Below are positions 1 to 9,230 of a stretch of 64,000 nucleotides of DNA, piece after piece; position 1 is the stretch's first letter; every line of letters begins with the position of its first letter. A program made the position numbers and the translations under genes. The notes beneath the pieces are model-generated. The model ran no database searches. It was not told the origin of the DNA and saw nothing but the letters and a program-made list of their open reading frames with translations. The stretch is from a virus (Duplodnaviria > Caudoviricetes). Location of the stretch: IMG/VR virus record IMGVR_UViG_3300014204_000111, positions 156,862 through 220,861 of that record. The stretch is one strand, 5' to 3'.

Positions 1-2
1 AC

Positions 3-179
3 ACCCCTGTAGGTCTTCATAGACCAGATGCAGATACATATATTGAAAGTTATCCCGAACATCCTCATAATGAAAAATGGGAAGAGAAATTAAAGCAGAA
101 TAGCTACCTCCGTATGTTGTTCACCAAAGAAGAACGTGCCGAGGCTAAACGTAATATGGAAAAATACGGAGAACAATAA
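3..179 (+). CDS. 3' end of a gene entering the window (partial, hypothetical)
   Basis: Frame open from position 3 (TPVGLHRPDADTYIESYPEHPHNEKWEEKL...) to TAA at 177-179, which overlaps the next ATG (TAATG). Confidence 0.75.
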   Translation, partial: TPVGLHRPDADTYIESYPEHPHNEKWEEKLKQNSYLRMLFTKEERAEAKRNMEKYGEQ

Positions 180-1060
180 TGTCAACAGCAGAGCAAGTGA
201 TGCAACAAGCCGAAACCTATAAGTTATTCAAAGGTATTATTAATAATTTTGAAGAAGATTTGGTACAACATGGTTATGAGCTTGATGAACAAGATAAAGT
301 AAGAGTAATTAACTTGGTTATTGATACGACCCAGAAGCTTTTTAAAGGGTCTACAGATGAAGAGTTAATTGATTTTCTTGGTCGTTATGATAGAAATATT
401 AGAGCAACTGCTCTTAATACATTAAATAATGAATATGAACAAGAAGCTTTAACTAAATCTATGCAAGAATTGACATATCACCCAGACCATGTTTACGCTC
501 ATCAAGTAGAAGAGTCTGGAAAAGATGTTTATCCAGAAATGCTTAAGAGCAGATGGAATGAGTTGCCTGACGAACTTAAAAACCATATGGAACAATATCA
601 TATGGAAAATAGATTATGGCACACTCATACAGATAATTTGGCTGACCCATTGATTTTTGGTAAATCAGTTGAAACTAATATGGTTGAACGTAACTATATT
701 CATGAAATCGCTCACCGTCTTGACGAAAAAGCTGTAAGAGGCGAAGAGGCAGATGATGAAGAGATTTCAGTATATTCTGAGCTTTATAAAGCTGAAATTT
801 ATCCTGGTATGGTTGCCAGTGATGGTGTGGTTATTACTCCTGAGTTAGCTGAACATATGAATGGTATTCACGGCCCAAGATATCAAGCTCATCCTTTAGA
901 ACTTCCTATGATTGGCCCTTCTGGTTCATTTGTTGAATTTGAGCATTTAAAGAAATCAATGCCTGATAGACCTACATCATTTAAAACTGAGAATGAAGTT
1001 TCTATTTTGAAGCAAGAACTTTTTAATCTCGGCTACGAGACTCAAAAAAAAAATAGCTAA
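179..1060 (+). CDS. Acidic hypothetical protein, probable head-internal or protease-processed protein; short product of a probable frameshifted gene
   Basis: 293 aa ORF coupled by TAATG. Repeated hydrophobic-x-K-[SAG] motifs (LTKS, MLKS, FGKS, LYKA, LKKS). Ends just after an A10 run at 1044-1053. Confidence 0.7.
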   Translation: MSTAEQVMQQAETYKLFKGIINNFEEDLVQHGYELDEQDKVRVINLVIDTTQKLFKGSTDEELIDFLGRYDRNIRATALNTLNNEYEQEALTKSMQELTYHPDHVYAHQVEESGKDVYPEMLKSRWNELPDELKNHMEQYHMENRLWHTHTDNLADPLIFGKSVETNMVERNYIHEIAHRLDEKAVRGEEADDEEISVYSELYKAEIYPGMVASDGVVITPELAEHMNGIHGPRYQAHPLELPMIGPSGSFVEFEHLKKSMPDRPTSFKTENEVSILKQELFNLGYETQKKNS

Positions 1061-2189
1061 ATCCAGTCCTAATCCTGGCTGGTCAGATGATACTTACGAA
1101 GAAGACGATGATTCTGCACGTCAAGAGGCAGAAGAGTTAAGTTTAGGTCAAGATACTCCTTCTCAAGCAACTAAAAGATTTCTTCCAGCAGAAGGTCATG
1201 CTGATGGACAACATCCATATTTAAGTAACCCAATTCATTCTTCATTCTCTCATTTACAACAATATCTTCCTGAACTTAATCAGCATTTAAATGCATACTT
1301 ACAGCAAAATCCTAATTTTGACCCAAAGAATATACTTGCAGTTAGAGGAGCGGCATTAGAAGCTCTTCATCATCATCATACTCTAAATCACCTAAATCCT
1401 ACGCCTCCTCCGAATATACCTCAAATAGTTCAACAAGCAGGAGCGCTTATCCAAGGTCATCTTGATTCAGAAAAGAAAAATGTACAACAATCTTCACAAT
1501 CTTCATTAAGTAATCAAACTTGGGATAAGAATGATACAACAGATATTTTCGGTAAACCTACTTGGTTCCCACAACAAAAAGGTCACGGAGGTATGGGAGA
1601 ATTTTCTTCAAACTATATAGCTCCTTCAATGAATAAGTCTCTTAATTCTTTTGTCCAAATATCTATGCTTAAAGGTATGCTAGATAATTTACACACTAAA
1701 CATAATTACGGACACGGAGGAGAAATAGATGTATTAAGCGGAAAAACTGTTAATCCAAAAGATTTACCACAACCTGTTCAACCAATGCCATCTTCTCCTA
1801 TTGCTGTACCTAATGACCCTTGGAAAGAGGATAGGGAAGCACAAAAGTATGAGAAAAAGACTTTGCCACCTCATTCAGGAGATGGTTGGGGTTTAGCAGA
1901 TGATATTAGAGGAAATTTAACTGATGAACAAGAGATGGATGATGCTAATAATGACCCTAATAATGGACTAGCTCCAGAATTTAGGACAAAAACTGTTCAA
2001 TCAGACCCTAAGCAATCTCAAAGAATACAATCATTTCCTGGCAATTTATATCCTAGTAATCCATCTATGGTTCCTTCGACTCCTGCACCACAAGTATATA
2101 ATCCCAATGTTAAACCAAGTAATGTAGATATACTCCCCGGATTAAGAGCAATGATAGAAAGTGCTAAAGTAGGACAGGCTGGTAAATAA
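1044..2189 (+). CDS. Probable frameshift extension of 179..1060 (the supplied ORF 1593..2189 is only its 3' part); Pro/Gln/His-rich low-complexity protein
   Basis: Frame is stop-free from 1011 to 2189 with no ATG/GTG/TTG before 1593. After the A-run it reads KKIAKSSPNPGWSDDTYEEDDD. The GGAGGT before ATG 1593 has zero spacing, so it is not a usable RBS. Confidence 0.65.
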   Translation, partial: KKKIAKSSPNPGWSDDTYEEDDDSARQEAEELSLGQDTPSQATKRFLPAEGHADGQHPYLSNPIHSSFSHLQQYLPELNQHLNAYLQQNPNFDPKNILAVRGAALEALHHHHTLNHLNPTPPPNIPQIVQQAGALIQGHLDSEKKNVQQSSQSSLSNQTWDKNDTTDIFGKPTWFPQQKGHGGMGEFSSNYIAPSMNKSLNSFVQISMLKGMLDNLHTKHNYGHGGEIDVLSGKTVNPKDLPQPVQPMPSSPIAVPNDPWKEDREAQKYEKKTLPPHSGDGWGLADDIRGNLTDEQEMDDANNDPNNGLAPEFRTKTVQSDPKQSQRIQSFPGNLYPSNPSMVPSTPAPQVYNPNVKPSNVDILPGLRAMIESAKVGQAGK

Positions 2190-3448
2190 TGCAATTATTT
2201 AATGAAATTATTCAGGACTTAATCGGAGAACATGTATTTAATTGTTCTTGTGTTTCTGTGGAAACTAAGAAAACACTCATAACCTTATATTCAGATATGG
2301 TTGATAGCTTTGTAATGGGTGAACTTGGTAAATTTAAAATAACACAACAGATTTTTAAAGAATTTTTAAAAAATCAACTTCCCGAAGTTTTTGAAAAAGC
2401 TGACGCTCTTAGATTTGAAAGAGAAGCACAAGAAGATGTTGCTCAAATTATAAATAAATCTATTATTCAGCAGAAAATTCCTCAATTTGAACAAACACAT
2501 CAAGCATATTCTAAATGTTTATATATGAACCCATTTATTTTTGAAATGAAAGAAGGTTTTTACTTTAATAAACAAGGAGAACCATATATATATTTAGAAA
2601 TTCCTGATATTAAAGAACATATTCTCCATATAATAGATGATAGAAATAAATTTCCTAAAATTAAAGCAAGTTGGTTATTTTGTGATGATATAACTCCAGA
2701 ACTGGTACATAGATTTCATATGACAACTTATTCAATTGCGCTTATGATTAGGGACATTACGCATCATTTACAAGTAATGCATCCAGAAGATATTATTGCT
2801 AAACTATCTTCTGTGTTTATTCCAATTCCCCAAGGATTAAGTGTTTATTATCAAAATGAACAAGGACAATTATCTTTGCCATCATCACTTTACGCTACAG
2901 AATTAAAAGAAAGAGGTTTAGATAAAATTCCTTCGATTGGTGTATACGACCAATTAGTTAATGATAAAAATGCATTTTTTGATTTTATTAAACAAAACAA
3001 ATTAGCATCAGGTATTAAACTAGATTTAATTGGAGGAAGTTTATTTGGAGACTTTGGGTTATTAGGACACCCAAGTTATTTAGACCAAAAATTACCATAT
3101 ATTCATAATATACTATTACCTATGTTTTTAAATACTTATAAAAGAGAATCAATTAAACCTCAAATGTTACAAGCTCTAGAATCTAAATATCAAGAGTGTT
3201 TAGCAGAAATTCCGCCAGGATTACTAGAAAATGATAAAGTAGTATCTGTTCTTATCTCTTTATTACAAGAGGTTCAAGCTTTAGTTGTTTCTGGTGTAGG
3301 AGCAGCATTATATGCTATTACTCAGTATGGTGGATTTAACGAAATAACAGCAAGAATAGGTTTGTGTAGTAATACGACTTTATATGAATCTTTATCAGAT
3401 ACAGGAGTTAAAACACTATGTTATCTTAAAGGAGTAAGTCGTGATTAA
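2189..3448 (+). CDS. Hypothetical protein (419 aa) upstream of the prohead protease
   Basis: Long ORF, TAATG-coupled; no family recognised. Confidence 0.8.
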   Translation: MQLFNEIIQDLIGEHVFNCSCVSVETKKTLITLYSDMVDSFVMGELGKFKITQQIFKEFLKNQLPEVFEKADALRFEREAQEDVAQIINKSIIQQKIPQFEQTHQAYSKCLYMNPFIFEMKEGFYFNKQGEPYIYLEIPDIKEHILHIIDDRNKFPKIKASWLFCDDITPELVHRFHMTTYSIALMIRDITHHLQVMHPEDIIAKLSSVFIPIPQGLSVYYQNEQGQLSLPSSLYATELKERGLDKIPSIGVYDQLVNDKNAFFDFIKQNKLASGIKLDLIGGSLFGDFGLLGHPSYLDQKLPYIHNILLPMFLNTYKRESIKPQMLQALESKYQECLAEIPPGLLENDKVVSVLISLLQEVQALVVSGVGAALYAITQYGGFNEITARIGLCSNTTLYESLSDTGVKTLCYLKGVSRD

Positions 3449-4061
3449 TCTACAGGGAATCAAAATTCTTCCTATAAAAGAAAAACCATCTACTTTAATT
3501 ATTTCATCAAGTATATATGTAGATAAATTAATTGCTCTTCATCTTGGTTTTGAAGAGGTAATTAAACAATATGGTAATTTAACAAACTTAATAAGACTAG
3601 AAGTAGAACAATACAGAAGTGATTTAGGTCATTCTAATTTAATTTCAATTGACTTACCTTTATCAGTATATCATGCAAATTTCTCTTTACTCTCTGTTTT
3701 ACAAGTTGCTACGCTAATTATCGAACAAGATGAACATGATTTTGCTTCTCTTAATCCTTGTACGATGCAACAAATTAAAGAGAATAAAAGAATAATGGCT
3801 GATTTATATGCATTAATGCATTTACCAGATATTAATTTTATTTATTTTAGTGAAGGTTCTAACCATATGTTAACTACTCCTATTAAGCCAGTTAATGCTC
3901 CTGCAAATTGGGTAGATAAATTAGATAAAATTTTAGAAGAATATGAAGAATGGCAAAGTTCACAAGACCAAGAAACAAAACAATTATTTGGCGTAGAAAC
4001 AAGTAATGGATTTTTTGATAATATAGCAAAACAAGAAGTACAATTCTATCAAAATAAATAA
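3441..4061 (+). CDS. Hypothetical protein (206 aa)
   Basis: GTG start preceded by AAGGAG; overlaps the previous stop. Confidence 0.75.
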   Translation: MINLQGIKILPIKEKPSTLIISSSIYVDKLIALHLGFEEVIKQYGNLTNLIRLEVEQYRSDLGHSNLISIDLPLSVYHANFSLLSVLQVATLIIEQDEHDFASLNPCTMQQIKENKRIMADLYALMHLPDINFIYFSEGSNHMLTTPIKPVNAPANWVDKLDKILEEYEEWQSSQDQETKQLFGVETSNGFFDNIAKQEVQFYQNK

Positions 4062-4067
4062 AAGTGT

Positions 4068-4081
4068 GGGTAAAATACTGT
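4068..4081 (+). promoter_or_regulatory. GGG-TAAAAT promoter-like motif 5 nt upstream of the protease ATG (4082)
   Basis: GGGTAAAATACTGTATG; the motif recurs at 10393, 11008, 40519 and 58044. Confidence 0.55.
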
Positions 4082-6061
4082 ATGGCTAATAAAACCTTTA
4101 TAACTGGTGAAAATGTTAAAAGTCTTGTAAAGATGGAATATGACGGAGATGTTATCTTTGAAGGTATATTCGCATCTAATGATAGAGATATTCAAGGCGA
4201 TATTATTGATAAAACAATGCTTAAGCAAATGAATAATAATCTTAACACTGGTGCGCCTGTTTTCTTAAATCACTTTTATCATAGACCGGCTGTTGGTAAA
4301 GTTTTAAAATCAGAATATATGGAAGACCCAAATACAGGAAGAGCTTGGATTTGGGGGCGTGGTGTTGTTGATTCTGCTGATGCTGATTTTAAAAGACAAG
4401 TAGCAGATGGTAGATATAAATATATCTCGGTTGGTGGACATTTAGATGATTATGAAATGGAAAAGTCTGCCGATGGGAAATCTACTCGTCGTTGTAAAAG
4501 TGGAAAAGCTCTTGAGATATCTTTAACCGCAGTTCCTATTAATATATCTGCTGGTATGACATTAGCAAAAGGTCAAATTAACGATGAAATTACAGACCAA
4601 ATTATAGAAAATAATAACTTAATGAAAGCAATCTTCTCAATGGACGAGGATGAGCAAGGTAAATTAACTAAACTAAATTATCACGAAGTAGAATTTATCC
4701 CCATATCGGAGCAAAGTATGTTGCAAAAAGGTGAAGTTGGAGAATTCAAGAAGTTAGACGAAAAACCTAGCAAATCAAGTATTGAATTCGGACATGGTAC
4801 AAAAGTTGGAGAAGAAGACTTAGAAAAGTATTATAATCCAAAGGTTTCTGGCTTTATAACCAGCAAAGACGTAGACCCTCTTAATGTTTCTGACGAACAT
4901 TCTCAAGAATTCTTAAGCAAACATAAGACAAGTGTTATTGAATCAAATGAAAAACATGATGATTTTGGTTTTGTTGATAAAAACAGCGAATCTTTCTTAA
5001 ATAAAACTTCGATTTCTGACCCCGCTGCTCCTAACAAGTATGACCCAGGTAACTCTGTAGATAAAAATTCTAACTCTTGGATTCTTTCTCAGGCTAAAAC
5101 ATTTGTTTCTGGTTTAGATTCTATGCAAAAAGCAGTATTAGTTGATTTAATTTTCCACGATTTTAATACTGATAAATTATATGCAACATCTGGAGAAAGC
5201 CAGCCAAACGTCATTCACCGTTTATTACATCAAAAGAATTCTTATGCTAAAGCTGGTGGATTTTCTAATATTATTGGTCAAGAACTTACAGCATTATTAA
5301 AGTCTCTTGATTGGCGTAATTCTGATAACAATATGTATGATAGATTAGTATTAGACCATATTCTTGGCCCAAATCATATTGAAGAGGTAAAAGATTATTT
5401 AACTAAGTCTATGTATGGTTTTGCTGGAGACAAAGACCCTAATGAACCAGATGGCGATGAAATGGGACAAGACCCTTCAATGGGTGGTTCTCCTATGGGA
5501 CAAGACCCAAGTATGGGTGGAGCACCTATGGGACAAGACCCTTCAATGGGTGGAGCACCTGCAATGCCCGCTCCTGGTGCAGAAGGTACTGACCCAAGTA
5601 TGGGCGGTGGCGAAGACCCAACAATAGGCGCAGTTTCTCAAATTGTTGAAAAATATGCTCAGCAAGCAGGAATTGACCCCAATTCTATTCAACAACTATT
5701 ACAAGGTGGAGATGTAACTGGCGCAGCTAAGGCCGTTATTCAAGCATTACAGCAATCTAATCCTGACTTAGCTAATCAAATGTTAGATGAACTAAACCAA
5801 ACCCTACAGGGTGGTGGTTCTGAACAAGCAACACCTGGAGGTGGTGAAGCACCTGGCGCAGCTCCCCAATCAATGATGATGGGTAAATCAATTAATCCAG
5901 AAGAAGCTGTTGCTGCATATAGAGAAGCGAGAAAAGAACAGTTTACAAAGTCAAGAGTTTTCTCTGAACAACCTGCTCAATCTCGATATAATAGTAAACC
6001 AGCCAGCGGCGCTGACTTGGCAATGGCCTCTTGGATAGGTCAGTATAATATCGAAAGATAA
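4082..6061 (+). CDS. HK97-type prohead protease (peptidase S78/U35-like) fused to a long scaffold-like C-terminal region
   Basis: Motifs FEGIFAS..DRDIQGDII, PVFLNH (catalytic His), YISVGG (catalytic Ser), LEISLTAVPIN; lies directly upstream of the capsid gene. Start placed at ATG 4082 rather than GTG 4064, which overlaps the promoter motif. Confidence 0.88.
   Translation: MANKTFITGENVKSLVKMEYDGDVIFEGIFASNDRDIQGDIIDKTMLKQMNNNLNTGAPVFLNHFYHRPAVGKVLKSEYMEDPNTGRAWIWGRGVVDSADADFKRQVADGRYKYISVGGHLDDYEMEKSADGKSTRRCKSGKALEISLTAVPINISAGMTLAKGQINDEITDQIIENNNLMKAIFSMDEDEQGKLTKLNYHEVEFIPISEQSMLQKGEVGEFKKLDEKPSKSSIEFGHGTKVGEEDLEKYYNPKVSGFITSKDVDPLNVSDEHSQEFLSKHKTSVIESNEKHDDFGFVDKNSESFLNKTSISDPAAPNKYDPGNSVDKNSNSWILSQAKTFVSGLDSMQKAVLVDLIFHDFNTDKLYATSGESQPNVIHRLLHQKNSYAKAGGFSNIIGQELTALLKSLDWRNSDNNMYDRLVLDHILGPNHIEEVKDYLTKSMYGFAGDKDPNEPDGDEMGQDPSMGGSPMGQDPSMGGAPMGQDPSMGGAPAMPAPGAEGTDPSMGGGEDPTIGAVSQIVEKYAQQAGIDPNSIQQLLQGGDVTGAAKAVIQALQQSNPDLANQMLDELNQTLQGGGSEQATPGGGEAPGAAPQSMMMGKSINPEEAVAAYREARKEQFTKSRVFSEQPAQSRYNSKPASGADLAMASWIGQYNIER
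5462..5560 (+). repeat. Three tandem 33-bp coding repeats (MGQDPSMGG[S/A]P) with degenerate copies downstream
   Basis: ATGGGACAAGACCC...ATGGGTGG(TTCT/AGCA)CCT three times; GTDPSMGG and GEDPTIG follow at about 5585-5630. Confidence 0.9.
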
Positions 6062-6072
6062 GGAACTAAATA

Positions 6073-7353
6073 ATGAATCGTAGACAACCATTTGTGAAGA
6101 GCAATCAGAATTTCCAAAAAGCAGGAGATTTTCCTACTACATGGGGAGATTCAGGGAGTGTTCCCGCTGATTACCAAACAGTGTATAATCCTGGGCAAGG
6201 CTTTAACGTCTCTGCTCAAGTAGGAAGTCTTACAGCTCCTATTATTGGTAGCCCTGGTGTTATCAACTCAATCGGTGGTAGAGACTTCTTATCAATTGAT
6301 GTAACGCAAGAATATTTGCCTTATATCAACCAAGCGTCTTATTTGCGTAAGCACCACAGAGTCGTTCCTATGGACGGCCCAAGCAAGTATATTCCTAAGA
6401 TTGCTGGCCCAGCAAAAGTGTATGCAACTGGTGAAGGTCAGGTTATGAGTCAAACCGTAATCCCAACCACAACTGTTGCGTTGATTGCAAAAGCAATGGC
6501 AGTTTCTTTCGCAATTCCTCGTGAAATCGCGGATGACTCTATCATCAATTTGCTTCCTGCAATTAGAGAACACTTAGTTGACCGTTTCGTTCTTGCAGAA
6601 GAAGAAGCCTTCTTATTAGGTGATGAAAACACTTTCGCTGGTAGTGGTAGCGTTCGTTCTATGTTTAACGGATTGAGTGTCGGTGGTGAGTATAACTCCC
6701 TTGGCTCTTCAGATGTTATGGCAAATAACGGTGCTGAATTAATTAACGCCGCTGGAAACCCATTCTCAACTGAGCATGTTAACGAAGCTCTTGAGAAGTT
6801 GGACTTGCTAGGACAAAATCCTGACCATATTCTAGGTATTATTTCTCGTAAGCATGCAAGAACCCTACGTGGTGACTCTACGCTTTTACGTCAATTAACT
6901 AACTTTGGCCCAAGCCCAACCTTTAGAACTGGTCGTATAGGCCAAATCTTTGGTGTTAACTTGGTTCAAACTAACTTGTTGAATCCTAATGCGATGGTTC
7001 CAAGTGATGATGGTCAATGGTGGGGCTTCTTGGGCTTTGGTTCTGAAACTCCCGTTGAAATGACAACTCCTGGTGGAAATGACCCTGACCTTTTAAGTGA
7101 TTATGGTACTGGTAACAGAATCTATTCATATTATGGTTCAGAAGCTCTTGCTAAGGCGCATCAGACAACTCTTACTGAAGCTTTGTTTGTCCATAAGGAT
7201 AGCGCAGTTATCGGTGATAGACAGAAATTGGAAATCGAAATGTCTGCTCACACTCTATTAGCGGCTCGTTCGCTCTTGCTTGTGGCGCATGAGAGAATTG
7301 CATTTGCTTTACAATTACGTAGAGGTATTTGCAAGGTCATCCAGTTGGGTTGA
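6073..7353 (+). CDS. Major capsid protein (HK97 fold)
   Basis: Follows the protease; AAGGA RBS. HK97-like segments VYATGEG, IPREIADDSIINL..IREHL..RFVLAEEEAFLLGD, GQIFGVNLV, C-terminal ERIAFALQLRRGICKV. Strong terminator follows. Confidence 0.93.
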   Translation: MNRRQPFVKSNQNFQKAGDFPTTWGDSGSVPADYQTVYNPGQGFNVSAQVGSLTAPIIGSPGVINSIGGRDFLSIDVTQEYLPYINQASYLRKHHRVVPMDGPSKYIPKIAGPAKVYATGEGQVMSQTVIPTTTVALIAKAMAVSFAIPREIADDSIINLLPAIREHLVDRFVLAEEEAFLLGDENTFAGSGSVRSMFNGLSVGGEYNSLGSSDVMANNGAELINAAGNPFSTEHVNEALEKLDLLGQNPDHILGIISRKHARTLRGDSTLLRQLTNFGPSPTFRTGRIGQIFGVNLVQTNLLNPNAMVPSDDGQWWGFLGFGSETPVEMTTPGGNDPDLLSDYGTGNRIYSYYGSEALAKAHQTTLTEALFVHKDSAVIGDRQKLEIEMSAHTLLAARSLLLVAHERIAFALQLRRGICKVIQLG

Positions 7354-7389
7354 TGCATGTATCATCTTACCCATTCCATCAGATTATTC

Positions 7390-7417
7390 AAGAGGCTGTT
7401 AAAAGCCTCTTTTTTTT
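7390..7417 (+). terminator. Rho-independent terminator after the capsid gene
   Basis: AAGAGGCT-GTTAAA-AGCCTCTT followed by a T run. Confidence 0.85.
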
Positions 7418-7458
7418 GGGTATATAGAGTATACGAAAAATTATACAGGAGTATAACG

Positions 7459-8463
7459 ATGCAGTGGATTCAACAAGAAGACGATTTGCTTAAAGCAAAA
7501 TTTGCGACAACAGGTACATATGATTTACTACCCTTATTTCCTGGCAGAACTTGGAAATCTTTGGTACATCGTGCAACAAAATTGGGATTATCTAAAACTA
7601 AAGAATGTAGAACTAATTTAACTAGAAAAGCCTCATCATTGTCTCAAAATGATATTCTTTTAATGAAAGATAAGTATTCTAAAATTGAACAATATAAATG
7701 GCAATATTTAGCAGGAATGATAGATTCAGATGGTTGTATTCGTTTATACAAAAATACAGCAAATTATTCTCCAGTTATATATGTGACAAATATATCAGAA
7801 TCACTTATAGATTGGTTAGTAAATAATTTTGGTGGTTCTAAAAATAATATCAGACATAAAACGGGAGATTCAATTAATGGTATTACAGTGAAGAGCAGAA
7901 GACAGGCTTTTAGTTGGAAACTAACAGGTTTAGAAAATGTGGTAGAATTACTTAAATATCTAAAAAGTGAATTAATTATAAAGAGACAGCAAGCAGAAAT
8001 TATTCTTGATGCTCACTCTCAAGGCTGGTATTCTATTAATTTAGAACCTGTTTATACAAAATTAATTCAATCTAAAAAAGAATATGACATTAATAATTCT
8101 TGCTCTTCAGTTATTACAGATGCTTATCTAGCGGGAATGATTGATGGAGATGGATGTATTATATTAAGATACAATAATTATGACTTTATTAATGCTATGT
8201 TAGATATATCCAATGAAAGTATAATTTTAAATAAAAAATTATTAGATTTAGGATGGAATCAATTTATGAATAGAGGATTAATACATAATACAATTTATAA
8301 ACAAAAAGACTGTCTTTCTTTGCTCTTAAACATTAGCCCTTATCTCATCATCAAAAAAGAGCAAGCGGAATTAGTTATTGAATTCTTACAAAACAAAAAA
8401 ACCCTTGATAAAGAAGGTCAAGAGGATTATAAAAATCGTCTATCTCTTCTAAAACAAGGGTAA
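7459..8463 (+). CDS. Free-standing double-motif LAGLIDADG homing endonuclease with an N-terminal Myb/HTH-like segment
   Basis: YLAGMIDSDG and YLAGMIDGDG motifs; N-terminal W...EDDLL...RTWKSL..RATKLGL. AGGAG RBS 7 nt before ATG 7459; the supplied start at 7357 runs through the terminator. Confidence 0.9.
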   Translation: MQWIQQEDDLLKAKFATTGTYDLLPLFPGRTWKSLVHRATKLGLSKTKECRTNLTRKASSLSQNDILLMKDKYSKIEQYKWQYLAGMIDSDGCIRLYKNTANYSPVIYVTNISESLIDWLVNNFGGSKNNIRHKTGDSINGITVKSRRQAFSWKLTGLENVVELLKYLKSELIIKRQQAEIILDAHSQGWYSINLEPVYTKLIQSKKEYDINNSCSSVITDAYLAGMIDGDGCIILRYNNYDFINAMLDISNESIILNKKLLDLGWNQFMNRGLIHNTIYKQKDCLSLLLNISPYLIIKKEQAELVIEFLQNKKTLDKEGQEDYKNRLSLLKQG

Positions 8464-8483
8464 ATTAAATTGGTCAAACTCTA

Positions 8484-8503
8484 AAGGCGGCATTAGCCGC
8501 CTT
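8484..8503. terminator. GC-rich hairpin between convergent genes (probable terminator)
   Basis: AAGGCGGC-ATTA-GCCGCCTT at the junction of the + and - transcription units. Confidence 0.65.
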
Positions 8504-8768
8504 CTCCATAATATTTTATATAGCTTGTCGCATCTATTATGGCTAATTTCATTAAACGAATATAATAATTAAATGGTTGTATAAAACCATCATACTCTAT
8601 TCCACACGTAGGTTTATATCCATGTTTTGAAATATGAAGTGATAAATTAGTAAAATTAGGATAATTGTTACGGAAAAAACAATATAATTTTGGTTCTTGG
8701 CTTATTCTTTTATATGTTAACTTAAAAGGAACAAGATATTTCAAAATAATTTGCAGTGAATTAGTCAT
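8493..8768 (-). CDS. Small hypothetical protein (91 aa)
   Basis: Overlap-coupled to the upstream minus-strand ORF; ends in the hairpin. Confidence 0.6.
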   Translation of the reverse strand: MTNSLQIILKYLVPFKLTYKRISQEPKLYCFFRNNYPNFTNLSLHISKHGYKPTCGIEYDGFIQPFNYYIRLMKLAIIDATSYIKYYGEGG

Positions 8769-9010
8769 ATTTTATGAACAGTATCAAGAACTTCTTCTTT
8801 GAATTTTGCAACTTCAATTGCTAACATTGCTGGGAGTCCTCCTAAAAAGCTTTTATGCAAATATCCAAATATTTTTATTCTCTTTTGAAATTTACCTAAA
8901 GTAAGTGTTATAGAAGAATCTTCTGCTATATTAGATGTATTATAAACATGAACATTTTCAATTATATATTCATTACAATGAGTATTTGGCAATGTATCAC
9001 AATCAGACAT
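8765..9010 (-). CDS. Small hypothetical protein (81 aa)
   Basis: Overlap-coupled within the minus-strand cassette. Confidence 0.6.
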   Translation of the reverse strand: MSDCDTLPNTHCNEYIIENVHVYNTSNIAEDSSITLTLGKFQKRIKIFGYLHKSFLGGLPAMLAIEVAKFKEEVLDTVHKI

Positions 9011-9230
9011 TATCTACCTTCTTTATAAAATCATCAAGAATTATTTGAAGTACTTCTATATGAGTTGAAGGAAAAATATCACAAGGAAAAACATGAGAAC
9101 TAATCCTTCCTTTATATTTTATATGATATAAAACATCTTTTACTCCAGTTTTTATTGACACATTGACTCCATTTGACATACAAAGTCTATAAATAGCAAT
9201 TTTTCCCCATATTTTATTTATAAATTTCAC
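9003..9230 (-). CDS. Small hypothetical protein (75 aa)
   Basis: GTG start overlapping the TGA of the GMPR/IMPDH gene (GTGA). Confidence 0.6.
   Translation of the reverse strand: MKFINKIWGKIAIYRLCMSNGVNVSIKTGVKDVLYHIKYKGRISSHVFPCDIFPSTHIEVLQIILDDFIKKVDNV

Noticed and set aside
5462-5560. CRISPR-like or regulatory repeat array
   Set aside because: The units are contiguous, in frame, vary mostly at synonymous positions and have no spacers; this is a coding peptide repeat.
8458-8466. GGGTAAATT as another promoter copy
   Set aside because: It overlaps the LAGLIDADG stop codon and points straight into a terminator hairpin and convergent genes; probably chance. The copy at 50069 (only 3 nt before ATG) is similarly uncertain.
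7354-8483. Group I intron or intein housing the LAGLIDADG gene
   Set aside because: The capsid gene ends with a complete-looking C-terminus and terminator, the nuclease has its own RBS, no downstream exon is available and no intein splice motifs are present.
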